Shown here in pieces: positions 60,376-64,000 of a stretch of DNA of 64,000 nt. How positions within the stretch are numbered: the first letter of the stretch is position 1; each line of letters begins with the position of its first letter. Below the pieces are notes generated by a model. The model had not been told where the DNA came from and ran no database searches. It worked only from the letters and a program-made list of their open reading frames with translations. The stretch is from Malacoraja senta. Lineage: Eukaryota. The DNA is taken from assembly GCA_038087875.1 (NCBI GenBank), contig CM075988.1, forward strand, positions 8,124,001 to 8,188,000. Reading direction: 5' to 3'. The position numbers were made by a program, and so were the translations under genes.

Positions 60376-62819
60376 AACTCCATACAGACAGTACCCGTAG
60401 TCAGAATTGAACCTGGGTCTCTGGCAGCGTAATGCGGCACACCACTGTGCCACTCCCCAGTCCATGGAGGAATCTCTGTCCTCTACGGAATAGAGCAGGT
60501 GGCTGCCATGATCATTTCACAACTGATGGAGTTATGTTAAGCCTAGGGATTATGGAAATCAACATAGGAAGATGGAGACATGGATCTAACGGAATGGCTG
60601 CAGAAGCTTCGTGCCTGTCTGATGCGCTCCTGTCTAGACCAGTGGAGATGCGTTCACTCGCTGCTCACTGCTTCTTGCAGCAACACCGCTCCATGCTGGG
60701 GTGATGCAGTCAACTGCACACACACAGCCAAGGCCGATTGCACAGCTCCACAGCTAAATGAGGTGAAATTATTGTTTAATTTGTCTTTAATGAATAATTC
60801 TCTGTAAAGGGATGTTTCAAGCTGGGCTGTGCAAAGGCCTCCTGCTGAATGAGGCTCACATTGTATCAGATTTTTAAAATAATTTCCCAGTCATTAAAAA
60901 TACATTTCATTGTTTAATGGTGTTTGATGTTGCTTCAGCTTCAATGGTCTCTAAGTACCTGTGGGGCTCCACGGAGCTCAATTTCTGGATCAATTATAAT
61001 CTAACCAATTGTTTAAATCATGGGAACCCAGAGACTTTGAAGGCTAAGCATCAAAACTGACCGTTTTTTGTTAGAATTCTAGATGCTTACAACACAGGAG
61101 AGATCACGCAACGTATTGTGTTTGCACCAGCTCTCTGAAAGAGTTAGTTGCACTGCCTTGGCCTTTCCTCAGAATTCTGCAAAATCTTTAAGCGCTCACT
61201 CAATTCCCTTCTGAAAGCCGATCCTGACACCATTTCCACCATCATTTCAAACAGTGCATTGCAGATTGTAACACCAGGCTGCTTAAGAAATTCTCATCTC
61301 CCTCCTTTGATTATTTTGTCAATTATCTTAAATGAGAGTCTATTAGTTATCGACCCTCCTGCCAGTGGAACTCTCCATTCAATCAAGACCTTTCAGAATT
61401 TTAAAGATGCGTATTGAATCTTCCAAAAAACCTCCAAACATCTGTTGTGAGCCACACAGCACGGTACTGACAACCTTCCCTTCAAGAATCACATGGTGGA
61501 TTGGCTGTTCAGCATTTTCATTAGGGAGCAACAGATCATGCATTGACCCATACATTTTTTACGTTGGATGTATGTGTCCGGACTGAGATTGTCTGCTATT
61601 CCTTTCATAGAACAATGCTGCTCAGATACATGCCCTTCGGCCCACATTGTATGTGCTGAACATGATGCCAGGTTGAACCAATCTCCTCTGCCTGCATGTG
61701 ATCCATAGCCCTTCATTCCCTCTGCCCATGTAAAACCCTCTTAAATGCCACTATCCTGCCTGCTTCTACCACTACACGCTGGCAGTGTGTTCCAGGCATC
61801 CACCACTCTCTGTGTAAAACACTTGTCCCGCACATCTCATTTAAACTCCCCCCCCCCCCCCCCCTCCTCTGATCTTAAAAGTATGCCCTCCAGTTTTTGA
61901 CATTTCTGTGAATTAACCTACAAACCTGTACGTGTTTGGAGGAAACCGAGATCTCAGGGAAACCCCACGCGGTCACGGGGAGAATATACAAAGTCTGGAT
62001 CGAACCCAGGTCTACGGCACTAAAAGCGCTGTGAGGCAGCAACTCTATCGCTGCGCCACCATGCCGCCCTAAATACTAAACACTTTATCTAAACACTTTC
62101 TAATACTACTGGTGTAAGGAGCTTTTACTGAATCCTACCATCAGATTTCCCAGGTGTTGGTTACCATCTGTCAGACAAGATGCTATTCTAAACGTGCAGC
62201 AGCAGTATTATTTTTTTCTCATTTATGCATTTTTGATGCTCCTTTCAAGGCCAGGATTTATTGCTTAATTCCCCTGGACAGGGTGGTGGTGAGGACGTTC
62301 TTGAACTGTTACATCCTTCTTGTAAAATTACCTTGACAGTGCTGTTGGATAGATGCTGCAGGACTCCAGCAATATACTTCCAACTCAGGATGGTGTGTGA
62401 TTTAAAGGGGAACCTATAGATGAACTACTTATAAGGTCAAAAGGAATAGTAGAATTAGGTCATTCGGCCCATCAAGCCTACTCCGCCATTCAATCATGAC
62501 TTATCCATCTCTCCACCCTAATCCCATTCTCCTGCCTTTTCCCCATATCCTCTGACACTTGTACTAATCAAGTATGGTATCATATAATGCACTGAATTTT
62601 GCTGTCACATCCCAACTCAAAAGACCCCTATCCATTCGAGAAATTTAGCAGACAATTTAGACTGAAACTTCAGAGCATTGTTGAGGACCAGTTGCATTGT
62701 TGAAGCTTCCACCATTTGGGTGAGACATATGCTTCTCAGTGTTTCTAAAATATTGCATTATGCTATTTGAACAGCAGGGACATTTGACCTCAGTGCCTTG
62801 GCCACCAATTCTGAAACAA

Positions 62820-63875
62820 AGATTAGGGATTAACGGTTCCCTTTCAGAATGGCAGGCAGTGACTAGTGGGGTACCGCAAGGCTCGGTGCTGGGACCGCAG
62901 CTATTTACAATATACATCAATGATTTGGATGAAGGGATTCAAAGTAACATTAGCAAATTTGCAGCTAACACAAAGCTGGGTGGCAGTGTGAACTTTGAGG
63001 AGGATGCTATGAGAATGCAGGGGGCCTTGGGCAGGTTGGGTGAGTGGGCAGATGTATGGCAGATGCAGTTTAATGTGGATAAATATGAGGCGATCCACTT
63101 TTGTAGCAAAAACAGGAAGGCAGATTATTATCTAAATGGTGTCAAGTTGGGAAAAGGGGAAGTACAATGGGATCTGGGGGTCCTTGTTCATCAGTCATCA
63201 GTAAGCATGCAGGTACAGCAGGCAGTGAAGAAAGCGAATGGCATGTTGGCCTTCATAACAAGAGGAGTTGAGTATAGGAGCAAAGAGGTCCTCTGCAGTT
63301 GTACAGGGCCCTAGTGAGACCACACCTAGAGTACTGTGTGCAATTTTGGTCCCCTAATTTGAGGAAGGACATTCTTGCTATTGAGGGAGTGCAGCGTAGG
63401 TTTACAAAGTTAATTCCCGGGATGGCGGGACTGTCATATGTTGATAGAATGGAGCGGCTGGGCTTGCACACTCTGGAGTTTAGAAGGATGAGAGGGAATC
63501 TTATTGAAACATATAAGATTATTGAGGGTTTGACACACTAGAGGCAGGAAACATGTTCCCGATGTTGGGGGAGTCCAGAACCAGGGCCACAGTTTAAGAA
63601 TAAGGGGTAAGCCATTTAGAACGGAGATGAGGAAAAACCTTTTTGCACAGAGCGTTGTGAATCTGTGGAATTCTCTGCCTCAGAGGGCGGTGGAGGCCGG
63701 TTCTCGGGATATTTCAAGAGAGAGCTAGATAGGGGTCTTAAAGATAGCGTAGTCAGGGGATATGGGGAGAAGGCAGGAACGGGGTACCGATTGGGAATGA
63801 TCAGCCATGATCACGTTGAATGGCGGTGCTGGCCCGAAGGGCCAAATGGCCTACTCATGCACCTATTGTCTATTG
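62820..63875 (+). mobile_element. CR1/HER1-type LINE 3' fragment (RT domain with frameshifts)
   Basis: SGVPQGSVLGPQLFTIYINDLD..SKFA..KLGG, then YRALVRPHLEYCVQFWSP; CR1 3' tail with (ctattgt)n. Confidence 0.92.
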
Positions 63876-63877
63876 GG

Positions 63878-64000
63878 TCGAGGGAAGAGATAAAGGGACA
63901 GGTGTTGCATCTCCTGAGGTTGGAGTTGCAGGTACTTGGGGAGGGGGTGGTTTGGTGGGAAGGGATGAGTTAACCAGGGAGTTGCGGAGGGAACGGTCGC
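63878..64000 (-). mobile_element. Penelope-like element internal fragment (runs off the window)
   Basis: Minus-strand translation resembles the RSLRNSLVNSSLPT linker that precedes the GIY-YIG domain. Confidence 0.55.

Noticed and set aside
62739..63541. Reverse-transcriptase ORFs as a host gene
   Set aside because: 5'-truncated, frameshifted CR1 LINE with a degenerate catalytic motif (FAAN instead of FADD).
57811..64000. Upstream ROBO3 FN3 exon within the window
   Set aside because: No FN3-like translation with splice sites was found; it presumably lies beyond 64000.

Overview
Eukaryotic, repeat-dense genomic DNA. The repeat content (HE1/V-SINE-type SINEs, CR1/HER1-type LINEs, SacSINE/DeuSINE remnants) points to a cartilaginous fish, probably a skate or ray; this is inference. 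The window holds the 3' half of a roundabout receptor gene on the minus strand, best matching ROBO3. I traced 11 phase-consistent coding exons from the transmembrane exon (57616-57810) through CC0, a CC1-like motif, CC2 and CC3 to 24165. A probable terminal exon (VKR*) lies at 13497-13508, followed by an approximately 2.5 kb repeat-free 3' UTR. One exon carries a 1-nt frameshift, probably an assembly error. Introns and flanks are packed with mobile elements. The most notable are: (i) about 20 Penelope-like-element termini, many as fold-back units, whose arms contain a minimal hammerhead-ribozyme-like core (CTGAnGA..stem II..GAAACGTC) and which often have 7-14 bp target-site duplications (TSDs); (ii) a ~1 kb DNA transposon with 7-bp TSDs that inserted into a copy of itself in opposite orientation; (iii) a family of PIF/Harbinger-like MITEs with 3-bp TNA TSDs. 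All calls were read by eye; no searches were run, and repeat boundaries are approximate unless defined by a TSD.
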